A stretch of 64,000 nt of DNA from Thermoplasmatota archaeon. GTDB taxonomy: Archaea; Thermoplasmatota; Thermoplasmata; UBA10834. The notes under the pieces are model-generated. The model was not told the origin of the DNA and did no database searches. It was given only the letters and a program-made list of their open reading frames with translations. Positions within the stretch are counted from its first letter, which is position 1. Every line of letters begins with the position of its first letter. Shown here one piece after another: positions 55,708 to 64,000 of the stretch. Both the position numbers and the translations under genes were made by a program. The stretch spans positions 340,091 to 404,090 of the forward strand of contig JBFMHR010000002.1 of assembly GCA_040751795.1 (NCBI GenBank). The letters are read 5' to 3'.

Positions 55708-57891
55708 ATGGTAGACGTCACGCTTGTCATCCCCATAGCGGGGCTGGTCGGCCTGGCCTTCGCGGCCTATCTGACCTGGTACGTTTTCAGGAAGGACCTC
55801 GGGACCCCCGAGATGCAGGAGATCGGAGAGGCCATCAGGCAGGGCGCCATGGCCTACATGAAGAGGCAGTACAGCACGATCATACTGATAAGCGTCATAC
55901 TCAGCGTGCTGATCGGGGCGCTGATCGAGCCCAAGATATACGTGGGCCTTTCGTTCCTGGTAGGCGCGTTCGCGTCCGCGGTGTCGGGGTACATCGGGAT
56001 GTACGTCAGCGTCAGGTCGAACATCAGGACCGCGGCGGCTGCCCGCCGGAGCCTCAACGAGGCGCTGATCACGAGCTTCAGGGGCGGCGCGGTCTCGGGC
56101 ATGGGCGTGGTCTCGCTCAGCCTGCTCGGCGTCGCTGGCGTCTTCTACGTGTTCAACAGCGGCATGGACTTCGCCATATCGGAGTCGCTCGATGCGGCCA
56201 TCGGATTCGCCTTCGGCGCGAGCTTCGCCGCGCTGTTCGCGCAGCTGGGCGGCGGGATATACACCAAGGCGGCGGACGTCGGCGCGGACCTCGTCGGGAA
56301 GGTCGAGGCCGGCATCCCCGAGGACGACCCGAGGAACCCCGCGGTCATCGCGGACCTCGTCGGCGACAACGTCGGCGACTGCGCTGGCAGGGGGGCGGAC
56401 CTCTTCGAGTCGACGGCCGCCGAGAACATCGGGGCGATGGTCCTCGGCCTGAGCCTGTACACCTTCTGGACCGAGATCGTGCCCGCGGGCATGAGGTGGG
56501 AGGAGGGGGAGGCGCTGGCCTGGATATTCTTCCCCCTCGTCGCGAGGTCCTTCGGGATATTCGCGTCGCTCGTCGGGGTGATGGTCGTCAGGCTGAGGAA
56601 CGAGACCAAGGACCCGATGTCCGGCATCAACATGGGCTACTACGCCACATGCGCCCTGGCAGCGGTGTTCTTCTTCTTCGCGACGAAGATCATGTTCGAG
56701 GGCGAGCTGGGCGACGGCTACCTGTACTTCTTCGGTGCAGGCCTCATCGGGATAGTGCTCAGCATCGTCATCGTCTACATAACGCAGTACTACACATCCG
56801 GCTCGTGGAGGCCCGTCAAGGAGATTGCCGAGGCGTCCACGACGGGACCGGCGACGAACATCATCACCGGCCTGTCGATCGCGATGGAGACGACCGCCAT
56901 GCCGGTCGTGGCGATCATAGTGGCCCTGCTGGGCTCGTTCGCCCTCGGCCAGATGGCGGCTCCCGACGACCCGTCGGTGACAAGCGTGGCCGGGTTCGAC
57001 ACCTATGAGCTGATATACGGGTTCTACGGGACGGCGGTCGCGACGATGGGCATGCTGGCGACCTGCGCGTTCATACTCGCGACGGACACCTTCGGCCCCA
57101 TAACCGACAACGCGGGCGGCATAATCGAGATGTCGAAGCAGCCCGAGGACATCCGGCGCAGGACGGACAAGCTGGACGCGTGCGGCAACACCACGAAGGC
57201 GCTGACGAAGGGCTACGCGATGGGCAGCGCCGCGCTCGCCGCGTTCCTGCTGTTCGGGGCGTACTTCGAGCGCGTCGCCATGAAGAGCGGCAGCGAGCTC
57301 TCGGAGGCGTTCCATGTCGACCTGGCCCAGCCAGACGTGTTCGTGGGCGGTCTCCTGGGCGCGATGCTCGTGTTCCTCTTCGCCTCGCTCGCCATAAGGG
57401 CGGTCGGCAAGACTGCCCACCAGATGATCAACGAGGTCAGGCGCCAGTTCAAGGCCGACCCGGGCATAATGACCAAGGAGTCGAAGCCCGACTACGCGAA
57501 GTGCGTGGACATAGCGACCAAGGGCGCCCTGAAGGCGATGGTCCTCCCGGCGCTCCTGCCGGTGCTCGTCCCCGTGCTCTTCGGGATATCCATGGCGTAC
57601 ATGGGCTACGACGCCCCGCAGGCCGTGGGCGCGCTCCTGATGGTCGGCACGATCGCCGGCATAATGGTCGCGAACATGTTCAACAACGGCGGCGGCGCCT
57701 GGGACAACGGCAAGAAGTACATCGAGGAGGGCCACCACGGCGGGAAGAGGACCCCGGCGCACGCGGCCGCGGTCGTGGGCGACACGGTCGGGGACCCCCT
57801 GAAGGACACGGCTGGCCCGTCGATACACGTGCTCGTGAAGCTGCTGTCTACCGTCACGCTGGTCTTCGTCGGCCTCTTCATAATCTCTTAA
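55708..57891 (+). CDS. hppA: Membrane-bound pyrophosphatase, predicted K+-independent H+-pumping type
   Basis: GGIYTKAADVGADLVGKVE, DNVGD, GNTTKA (Lys signature), GDTVGDPLKD. Confidence 0.95.
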   Translation: MVDVTLVIPIAGLVGLAFAAYLTWYVFRKDLGTPEMQEIGEAIRQGAMAYMKRQYSTIILISVILSVLIGALIEPKIYVGLSFLVGAFASAVSGYIGMYVSVRSNIRTAAAARRSLNEALITSFRGGAVSGMGVVSLSLLGVAGVFYVFNSGMDFAISESLDAAIGFAFGASFAALFAQLGGGIYTKAADVGADLVGKVEAGIPEDDPRNPAVIADLVGDNVGDCAGRGADLFESTAAENIGAMVLGLSLYTFWTEIVPAGMRWEEGEALAWIFFPLVARSFGIFASLVGVMVVRLRNETKDPMSGINMGYYATCALAAVFFFFATKIMFEGELGDGYLYFFGAGLIGIVLSIVIVYITQYYTSGSWRPVKEIAEASTTGPATNIITGLSIAMETTAMPVVAIIVALLGSFALGQMAAPDDPSVTSVAGFDTYELIYGFYGTAVATMGMLATCAFILATDTFGPITDNAGGIIEMSKQPEDIRRRTDKLDACGNTTKALTKGYAMGSAALAAFLLFGAYFERVAMKSGSELSEAFHVDLAQPDVFVGGLLGAMLVFLFASLAIRAVGKTAHQMINEVRRQFKADPGIMTKESKPDYAKCVDIATKGALKAMVLPALLPVLVPVLFGISMAYMGYDAPQAVGALLMVGTIAGIMVANMFNNGGGAWDNGKKYIEEGHHGGKRTPAHAAAVVGDTVGDPLKDTAGPSIHVLVKLLSTVTLVFVGLFIIS

Positions 57892-57894
57892 CTG

Positions 57895-57916
57895 GCCGAG
57901 GGGAGGCCCCCTCGGC
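57895..57916. terminator. GC-rich hairpin after hppA
   Basis: GCCGAGGGG-aggc-CCCCTCGGC just downstream of the stop; function assumed. Confidence 0.35.
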
Positions 57917-57980
57917 AAACCATATATACACCAAGCGTAATCGAGAGAGCCGCGAGCCATACCACCAGAGGACTGTATAG

Positions 57981-58544
57981 ATGTACGTTATTGCCTCGAA
58001 GGAAGACGTCGTCAGGATACCCCCGAACCTCCTCGGGGAGGACTTCCAGGCCCTCGCCGCAAGGCTGACCCAGGAGTCGTTCCAGAACAAGGTCGAGGGG
58101 GACGGCAGCTACACCGTCCTCGTCAGGAACATAGAGCCCATGGGCGAGGGGAGGATCATCCACGGCGACGGGGCCGTCTACCAGAAGGTCAAGTTCGAGA
58201 CGGTCATGTTCAGGCCCACTCTCCACGAGATAGTCGAGGGGACGGTGTGCGAGGTGCTGAAGTTCGGCGCCTTCGTGCGCTTCGGCCCGCTCGACGGCCT
58301 CCTCCACATAAGCCAGATAATGGACGACAGGATAGACGTGGACGTCGACGGGCGGAGGCTCGTCGGCAAGGACACGAAGCGCGAGCTCCGCCTTGGGGAC
58401 AGCATCAGGGCCAGGATAGTCTCGCTGAGCATCAACGAGAGGAGCCCGAGGGAGAGCAAGATCGGGCTCACGATGCGCCAGCCGGCCCTGGGCAAGCTCG
58501 AGTGGCTCCAGGAGGAGCGCAAGAAGAAGGAGGAGAAGAAATGA
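57981..58544 (+). CDS. rpoE1: DNA-directed RNA polymerase subunit E' (Rpo7)
   Basis: VRIPP, GDG, FGAFV.FGPLDGLLHISQI, KIGLTMRQP. Confidence 0.96.
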   Translation: MYVIASKEDVVRIPPNLLGEDFQALAARLTQESFQNKVEGDGSYTVLVRNIEPMGEGRIIHGDGAVYQKVKFETVMFRPTLHEIVEGTVCEVLKFGAFVRFGPLDGLLHISQIMDDRIDVDVDGRRLVGKDTKRELRLGDSIRARIVSLSINERSPRESKIGLTMRQPALGKLEWLQEERKKKEEKK

Positions 58545-58726
58545 AGGTCGAGAGGGCGTGCAAGCGCTGCAGCGCGATGACCGAGGAGGAGAAGTGCCCT
58601 CTCTGCGGGTCGGAGACCTCCAAGGAGTGGCAGGGCTACGTCATCATCCTGGACCACACCAAGTCCGAGATCGCCAGGAGGATGGGCATCAGTGTCAACG
58701 GCAAGTTCGCCCTCCGGGTTCGATGA
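58541..58726 (+). CDS. spt4: Transcription elongation factor Spt4 (RpoE'')
   Basis: ACKRC...CPLCG...WQGYVII...SEIA...GKFALRVR. Confidence 0.95.
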   Translation: MKVERACKRCSAMTEEEKCPLCGSETSKEWQGYVIILDHTKSEIARRMGISVNGKFALRVR

Positions 58727-59240
58727 TTCGTTCCCCGAGAGAGACCTGGTGCTCCCCGACGACCTGAGGGACGAGCTGGCCAAGCCCATTGGCAGGTTCG
58801 TGTCCGCGTGGGCCCTGAGGAGGCACCTCGAGGGGGCCCCGAGGGTCATCACCGTCGGGGACGTGGTCACCATAACCCTCCTCCAGATGGGCATGGTGCC
58901 GGACGTGGCGGTCTTCGACTACAAGACCCAGCGCTCCGAGGAGTACGCCTCCAAGGACAGGATCCAGAGGATGGAGGGAAGGCTCGTCAAGGTCGAGAAC
59001 CCCCCCGCCAGGATAACCAGGGCGATGTGGGGGGCGGTCAAGGAGGCCGTGAGGGCCAGGGACACGGTCAAGGTCGAGGTGTCGGGCGAGGAGGACCTCG
59101 CGGCCCTCGTGGCGATAATCAACGCCCCCGAAGGGGCGCAAGTCATATATGGCATCCCCAATAAGGGGTTGATGGTAGTCAAGGTCGACAGGGACACGCG
59201 GGCGCTGGCGTCCGCGGCGGTCAGGCGAATGATACGGTGA
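58692..59240 (+). CDS. GTP-dependent dephospho-CoA kinase (DUF359); start uncertain
   Basis: TVGDVVT, DYKTQR, NPP, GEEDLA, YGIP; conserved position after spt4. Confidence 0.88.
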   Translation: MSTASSPSGFDDSFPERDLVLPDDLRDELAKPIGRFVSAWALRRHLEGAPRVITVGDVVTITLLQMGMVPDVAVFDYKTQRSEEYASKDRIQRMEGRLVKVENPPARITRAMWGAVKEAVRARDTVKVEVSGEEDLAALVAIINAPEGAQVIYGIPNKGLMVVKVDRDTRALASAAVRRMIR

Positions 59241-59244
59241 GAGC

Positions 59245-59586
59245 ATGGAGATCGAGATAGTCGAGAAGAAGGAGAACGAGCTGCTGAAGAGGGTAGAGGT
59301 CACTTTCAAGGCGTCACACGTCGACGAGGGCACCCCCCAGAGGGAGGCCGTCAGGGAGAAGCTGTCCGCCCTCATGAAGGCCCCGAAGGAGAGGGTCATA
59401 GTCGACGCGATGACCTCCGAGTTCGGCAGGATGCAGACCGTGGGCTACGCCAAGGTCTACGAGACCAAGGAGGCTGCCATGAAGTACGAGAGGGAGCACA
59501 TCCTGGTCAGGAACAAGCTGAAGGAGAAGAAGGTCGTGGCCAAGAAGGCCCCGGCGGCCGCCCCGGCCGCCAAGCCGAAGGCGTGA
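59245..59586 (+). CDS. rps24e: 30S ribosomal protein S24e
   Basis: NELLKR, TP.R, FG...GYAKVY. Confidence 0.95.
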   Translation: MEIEIVEKKENELLKRVEVTFKASHVDEGTPQREAVREKLSALMKAPKERVIVDAMTSEFGRMQTVGYAKVYETKEAAMKYEREHILVRNKLKEKKVVAKKAPAAAPAAKPKA

Positions 59587-59596
59587 GGTGCTTCCC

Positions 59597-59788
59597 ATGG
59601 CTGACAAGGAGAAGAAGAAGGAGAAGAAGGTCAGGGTCGCGAAGAAGGACTTCTACAAGCTCGAGGGGGACAAGCTCCAGAGGACCAAGCCCCACTGCCC
59701 CAAGTGCGGCCCGGGCGTGTTCATGGCCGAGCACCCGAACAGGGTCTCATGCGGCAAGTGCGGCTACACCGAGTTCAAGAAGAAGTGA
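59597..59788 (+). CDS. rps27ae: 30S ribosomal protein S27ae
   Basis: CPKCGPGVFMAEH..R..CGKCGYTEF. Confidence 0.95.
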   Translation: MADKEKKKEKKVRVAKKDFYKLEGDKLQRTKPHCPKCGPGVFMAEHPNRVSCGKCGYTEFKKK

Positions 59789-59824
59789 GCCGGGCGCGCG
59801 TCCAGCCACAAACCTCTGAAACCC

Positions 59825-60298
59825 CTACCTCCCGCTTCTGAAGTACCTCTTGACCTTCTCCCCGTTCAGGTAGAGGTAGATGACGAGGTTGAAGATGATG
59901 GTCCACACCGGCGCCCCTGGGTCCGCCCTGTTGGGCACCAGGACCATCCCCACCACGGCGAAGAGGATCGCGTAGAGGGCGACCTTCCTCCCGCGAACCC
60001 TCGCAGCCTCGCGCCCCTTGACGTAGCCCCTCGCCAGCAGCAGCGAGAACGCCGCCAGGACGAGGAGGGCGACGCCCAGCAGGGCGAATATCCAGCCGGC
60101 GTTGTCGGCGACCCACGGGGATATGGCGGCCTCGAGGGCGTCCTGCCCCTCGGGCGTGCTGGCATAGGCGGCGACGGCGAGCGCCCAGAGGGCGCTCCCC
60201 AGCAGCTGGATCCCGGACAGGACCTGCAGGAGGGCGAGCAGAAGCACGCCCAATGGCCTCTTGACCCGTTGCGCCGCGACCATCGGATGCCCCGCCAT
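59825..60298 (-). CDS. Four-TM membrane protein
   Basis: RPLGV...IYLYL...VKRYF pattern; ATG 60298. Confidence 0.75.
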   Translation of the reverse strand: MAGHPMVAAQRVKRPLGVLLLALLQVLSGIQLLGSALWALAVAAYASTPEGQDALEAAISPWVADNAGWIFALLGVALLVLAAFSLLLARGYVKGREAARVRGRKVALYAILFAVVGMVLVPNRADPGAPVWTIIFNLVIYLYLNGEKVKRYFRSGR

Positions 60299-60406
60299 CG
60301 TGAGGCGTTCCTCCATATTTCGAGGTTTGGGCCGGCGGGCCAAAACCTTCAATACGTGCACGCGTTCACGTGGCCGGGCTGACCCTGCCCGCGGAGCGCG
60401 TCCACC

Positions 60407-61282
60407 ATGGAGGCGTGGTTCTACCTCTCGATATCCGTCGCCCTGTTCTGGGGCCTCAGCGGCATATTCGCGAAGTACAGCACCGCGAAGCTGGGGGTCG
60501 CCCGCGTGGCGCTCGTGATCGCCGGGGTCGAGGGCGTGATGTACTCCATCGCGTACCTGCTCTGGAGGGACACCTCGGTCGACATAAGCCTCTGGGAGGG
60601 CGTCCTCGCCGCCTCCTCGTGCATCATAGGCATAACCGGGTACCTGTGCTACTTCGAGTCGATACTGGAGGGGCAGGTGGCCATAGTCGGGACGATATCG
60701 GCGGCCTACCCCGCCCTGGTGGTCGTCGGCGCGATGCTCATGCTCTCGGAGGGGCTCTCCGCGGCCCAGGCCATCGGGGTCGTGGCGATCATAGGGGGCG
60801 TGATGGCCCTCTCCTACGAGCCGGACCCGGGGGCGGCCCACTCCCTCAGCAGGCGCTCCCTGACGTTCGCCTTCCTGGCATTCTTCGCATGGGGCGCGTG
60901 GAGCCTGACGTCCAAGGTCGCGGTGGACGCGGTCACGGCGGGGAACCTGTTCGGCTTCTACGTGATATCGTCGCTGACCGCCCCCGTCCTCTACGCCTGG
61001 GCGAGGAGGGTCAGGCCGGCCCACTTCAAGGGGGAGGACCCGACGAAGACCGCGTGGCTCATGGGAGGCGTCGCGCTGTTCCTGAACGTCGTCGGCGCCT
61101 TCTCCTACACGTACGCGCTCGAGGGGGGAAACGCCTCCCTGGTCGTGCCCGTGACGAGCGCATACCCGATAGTGACGGCCCTCCTCGCGGTCGCGGTCCT
61201 GAAGGAGCGCGTGAGGTGGCCCCAGGCGGTCGCCCTGGTGGTGGTCGTCGCCGGGCTGGTCATGATCGGCATCACCCTCTGA
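60407..61282 (+). CDS. EamA/DMT family transporter
   Basis: Two 5-TM repeats; GNASLVVPVTSAYP...LKER. Confidence 0.9.
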   Translation: MEAWFYLSISVALFWGLSGIFAKYSTAKLGVARVALVIAGVEGVMYSIAYLLWRDTSVDISLWEGVLAASSCIIGITGYLCYFESILEGQVAIVGTISAAYPALVVVGAMLMLSEGLSAAQAIGVVAIIGGVMALSYEPDPGAAHSLSRRSLTFAFLAFFAWGAWSLTSKVAVDAVTAGNLFGFYVISSLTAPVLYAWARRVRPAHFKGEDPTKTAWLMGGVALFLNVVGAFSYTYALEGGNASLVVPVTSAYPIVTALLAVAVLKERVRWPQAVALVVVVAGLVMIGITL

Positions 61283-61326
61283 CGCGCGTGGCAACCTAGA
61301 TATACGGACGAGGCCTACAGCAGCAC

Positions 61327-61449
61327 GGGCCTGTAGTGTAGCTCGGACATCACTGGGGCCTCCGGAGCGCCCGTTGGCGCGGGGAGAGCCTCGAACTCGG
61401 GTTCGAAAGGCCGTCCAAGAGCGGCCCGAAACTCCCGACAGGCCCGCCA
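61327..61449 (+). tRNA. tRNA-Arg(CCG) with two introns (61366-61386 at 37/38; 61408-61432 at 59/60) and encoded CCA
   Basis: GGGCCTG/CAGGCCC-G-CCA; D-loop A20; removing both BHB-bounded inserts restores CT-CCG-GA and TTCGAAT loops. Confidence 0.9.
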
Positions 61450-61493
61450 CCTCCCCCATCACCCTATTATACCCGTCCCCCTTTTTCATGGCC

Positions 61494-62663
61494 ATGCATC
61501 TCACGCCTAGCGAGGAGCGCACCCTCGCCGGAGAGGAGGGCCCGGGCCGCCAGAAGGCCATGGAGCTCCTCGTCGCCATAGGCGACATCTACGGCGCGAA
61601 GAGGCTCATACCGGTCTCGTCGGCGCAGGTCTCGGGGGCCTCGTTCAAGACCATCGGCGACGCCGGGATCAAGTTCCTCGAGGACTTCTCCGAGCAGGCG
61701 CGTGCGACCGTGAGGGCGTCCGTCAACCCCCTCGGCCTCGACCTCAGGCGTTGGCGCGCGATGGGCGTCGCGCCAGGCTTCGCTGGGAAGCAGGCGCGGA
61801 TCGTCGCCGCCTATTCATCCATGGGGCTCGAGCCCCTCTACACCTGCACGCCCTACCTCGCGGGGAACAGGCCCCGGGCGGGGCAGCACGTGGCCTGGGC
61901 GGAGTCCTCGGCCACCGTGTTCGCCAACTCCGTCCTCGGCGCGCTCACCAACAGGGAGGGAGGGCCGTCGGCCCTCGCCTCCGCGGTCATAGGCAAGACG
62001 GCCGAGTACGGGCTGCACCTCAGGGAGAACAGGCTGCCGAGGGTGAGGGTCGAGCTGGAGGGCGTCCCTCCGGGGCTCGCGCCGCTGGCGGGCTACGTGG
62101 TCGGGAAGATCGCCGGGAACCGCATCCCCTACCTCCCCGGGCTCTCGCTCTCGCAGGACGGCCACAAGGCCTTCGGCGCCGCCCTGGCGGCCACGAGCGC
62201 CGTCTCGATGTACGTCTACAGCGAGCGCGGCGGGCGCGCGAAGGTGGACTCCTCGATGGTGGAGGAGCGCGTCTGCCTCCCCGAGTCGGAGCTCCTCGCG
62301 TGCAGGGACTCGCTCGCCGGCGGCGACTCGTGGGACCTCGTGGCCATCGGCTGCCCGCACTGCTCGCCCGCGGAGCTGAGGTCCATGGCCCGGCGCCTGA
62401 AGGACAGGAGGCCCGCGGGGGACCAGGACGTCTGGTTCTGCACCTCGAGGAAGGCGTTCGCCTCATGCCCCGACGCGGTCAGGGTGCTGAAGAGGTTCGG
62501 GAAGGTCCTCTGCGACACCTGCATGGTCGTGTCGCCGATCGAGACCATGTACAGGAGGACCGCGTCCGACTCCGGGAAGGCTATGGTGTACCTCCCGACC
62601 CTCGGGAAGCAGAGGGCCGCCTTCAGGACGACTGACCAGCTGCTGGAGGCGGTATCACGATAG
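61494..62663 (+). CDS. Aconitase X large subunit (phosphomevalonate dehydratase-like, DUF521)
   Basis: SGASFKTIG, TCTPY, AWAESSA, NREGG, IGCPH, DTCMVVSP, SGKA. Confidence 0.9.
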   Translation: MHLTPSEERTLAGEEGPGRQKAMELLVAIGDIYGAKRLIPVSSAQVSGASFKTIGDAGIKFLEDFSEQARATVRASVNPLGLDLRRWRAMGVAPGFAGKQARIVAAYSSMGLEPLYTCTPYLAGNRPRAGQHVAWAESSATVFANSVLGALTNREGGPSALASAVIGKTAEYGLHLRENRLPRVRVELEGVPPGLAPLAGYVVGKIAGNRIPYLPGLSLSQDGHKAFGAALAATSAVSMYVYSERGGRAKVDSSMVEERVCLPESELLACRDSLAGGDSWDLVAIGCPHCSPAELRSMARRLKDRRPAGDQDVWFCTSRKAFASCPDAVRVLKRFGKVLCDTCMVVSPIETMYRRTASDSGKAMVYLPTLGKQRAAFRTTDQLLEAVSR

Positions 62664-63439
62664 TCAGGGGCAGGAAGATCCGCGGCGGCTCGTGCGAGGG
62701 CAGGGCGCTGTCGTCGTCCGTCCCGCTGTCCTTCCTCGGCGGCGTCGACCCGAAGACCGGCACGATACTCGACCCTGAGTGCGAGTGCAGGGGCAGCTCC
62801 GTCGCGGGGGCGGTCCTGTGCTTCCCGTACGGGAAGGGTTCGACCGTCGGCTCCTACTCCATGTACCAGCTCAAGGTCAACGGGAAGGCCCCCTGCGCCA
62901 TCGTGAACGCGTCCGCCGAGCCGATCGTGGCCACGGGCGCGATCATGTCCGGGATACCGATGGTCGACGGCGTGGACGTCGCGCTCGTCAGGACGGGCGA
63001 CCACCTGAGGGTGGAGGCCGACAAGGGCGCCGTCGAGATCGCGGGCGTCGACGAGAGGCGCGTCGTCACGGGGATAGTGAGGCGCAGGGGCAGGATACTC
63101 CTGCTCCAGCGCAGCAACAGCGTCGGCTCCTACAGGGGCCAGTGGGCGGGTGTCTCGGGCTTCATAGAGGAGGGCGAGGCCCCCGAGAGGGCGGCGAGGA
63201 GGGAGCTCGAGGAGGAGCTCGGGATATCGAGGGCCAGGCTCGCGAGGGCCATCGACCCGCGGAGCTTCAGGGACGGGGACGTGGTGTGGACCGTGAACGC
63301 GTTCCTCTTCGACATAGGCGACGCGAAGGTCAGGACGGACTGGGAGCACCAGGCGCACGAGTGGGTCCGGCCCGAGGACGTCTCGCGGTTCCCGACGGTG
63401 CCGGGGCTGCAGGAGATAGTCTGCAGGCTGGTCGGCTGA
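62660..63439 (+). CDS. Aconitase X swivel subunit (DUF126) fused to a Nudix hydrolase; apparent ATA start
   Basis: GRKI..G..EG.AL....LSFLGGVDPKTG, GKGSTVGS; Nudix box GFIEEGEAPERAARRELEEELG. Confidence 0.85.
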   Translation: MVRGRKIRGGSCEGRALSSSVPLSFLGGVDPKTGTILDPECECRGSSVAGAVLCFPYGKGSTVGSYSMYQLKVNGKAPCAIVNASAEPIVATGAIMSGIPMVDGVDVALVRTGDHLRVEADKGAVEIAGVDERRVVTGIVRRRGRILLLQRSNSVGSYRGQWAGVSGFIEEGEAPERAARRELEEELGISRARLARAIDPRSFRDGDVVWTVNAFLFDIGDAKVRTDWEHQAHEWVRPEDVSRFPTVPGLQEIVCRLVG

Positions 63440-63442
63440 GGC

Positions 63443-64000
63443 TCATCCCTGTATCGTGTGGTCGACCTCCCTCTCCAGGAGGTTGAGCTGGTGGCTCTCC
63501 AGCGTTGACCTGTTCACCGCCATCAGCAGGATGGACTGGTTTATCGCGACCTGGTCCCTCAGGGACTGGATCAGCCTCAGCACGGTGATGAAGTTGTTGT
63601 TGGTTATGAGGTACTCCAGTCCGTCGAGCAGGACTATGCCCCCGTCGGGCTGCGACAGGAACTGCTCGAGCGAGAGGCTCAGCTTCTCGAGGTCCTTGGG
63701 CCTGATGGCGTTGTCCCTCCCGACGTTGGACAGCCATATCACGGGGGTCTCCTTCAGGTCGAACTTGGTCCTTATCTTGGCGGGGTAGTTGCGCGTCACG
63801 CAGTACCCCTTCATGCCCTTCTGCAGGGCGTTCATGAAGAGCCTGTAGGACGCCTCCGGCTTGTCCTCCTCCACCAGGTACGAGAACGACCTCTCCAGCT
63901 CCTCGACGGAGGCGGCCGCCGCCTTGGCGGCCGGCTCGGGCTCCGGGGCCGGGACGGGCTCGGCCTGCGCGGGTGCCGCCGCCTCTGGCCCGGGCGCGGC
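63443..64000 (-). CDS. 3' part of a DUF835 domain protein (starts beyond the window end)
   Basis: VTRNYP, PVIWLS, IRPKDL, VLLDGLEYLITNNNF; Pro/Ala-rich linker upstream in frame. Confidence 0.85.
   Translation of the reverse strand, partial: AAPGPEAAAPAQAEPVPAPEPEPAAKAAAASVEELERSFSYLVEEDKPEASYRLFMNALQKGMKGYCVTRNYPAKIRTKFDLKETPVIWLSNVGRDNAIRPKDLEKLSLSLEQFLSQPDGGIVLLDGLEYLITNNNFITVLRLIQSLRDQVAINQSILLMAVNRSTLESHQLNLLEREVDHTIQG

Noticed and set aside
61374-61493. N-terminal extension of AcnX given by the ORF track
   Set aside because: Overlaps the intron-containing tRNA-Arg; conserved sequence starts at MHLT (61494)
1-64000. Genome-wide TAG-to-pyrrolysine recoding
   Set aside because: Conserved genes (rpl31e, eif6, dppC, AcnX, site-2 protease) end at TAG at their expected C-termini; no pyl genes in the window
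1-64000. CRISPR array or cas genes
   Set aside because: No regularly spaced repeats or cas motifs seen

Overview
High-GC archaeal chromosome segment, most consistent with Thermoplasmatota (DUF6015, repeated DUF835 domains, archaeal ribosomal and RNA polymerase clusters); the taxonomy is inferred. It is mostly housekeeping: rfcL, taw1, aCPSF1, psmB, a porGDAB-type oxidoreductase, leuS, rps19e-rpl39e-rpl31e-eIF6, purB, trmY, srp54, hppA, rpoE1-spt4-rps24e-rps27ae, and the AcnX/UbiX archaeal mevalonate genes. It also holds a type IV pilus-like locus, a peptide ABC transporter, a stand-alone tyrosine recombinase, SRP RNA and three tRNAs. The most striking observation is an unannotated ~75-nt hairpin RNA (51644-51718, minus strand, with its own TATA box and U7 tail). 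Its loop is perfectly complementary over 14 nt to the leader of an RHH regulator-truncated ftsZ operon, and over 11-12 nt to the leaders of the recombinase, DUF6015 and one other gene, making it a candidate trans-acting sRNA regulon. Other notable items: a tRNA-Arg(CCG) with two BHB introns (37/38 and 59/60), two further structured ncRNA candidates, an FtsZ lacking the T7 loop and C-terminal domain, an AcnX small subunit-Nudix fusion with an apparent ATA start, and an eroded att duplication of tRNA-Leu. All calls are by eye; no database searches or folding programs were run.
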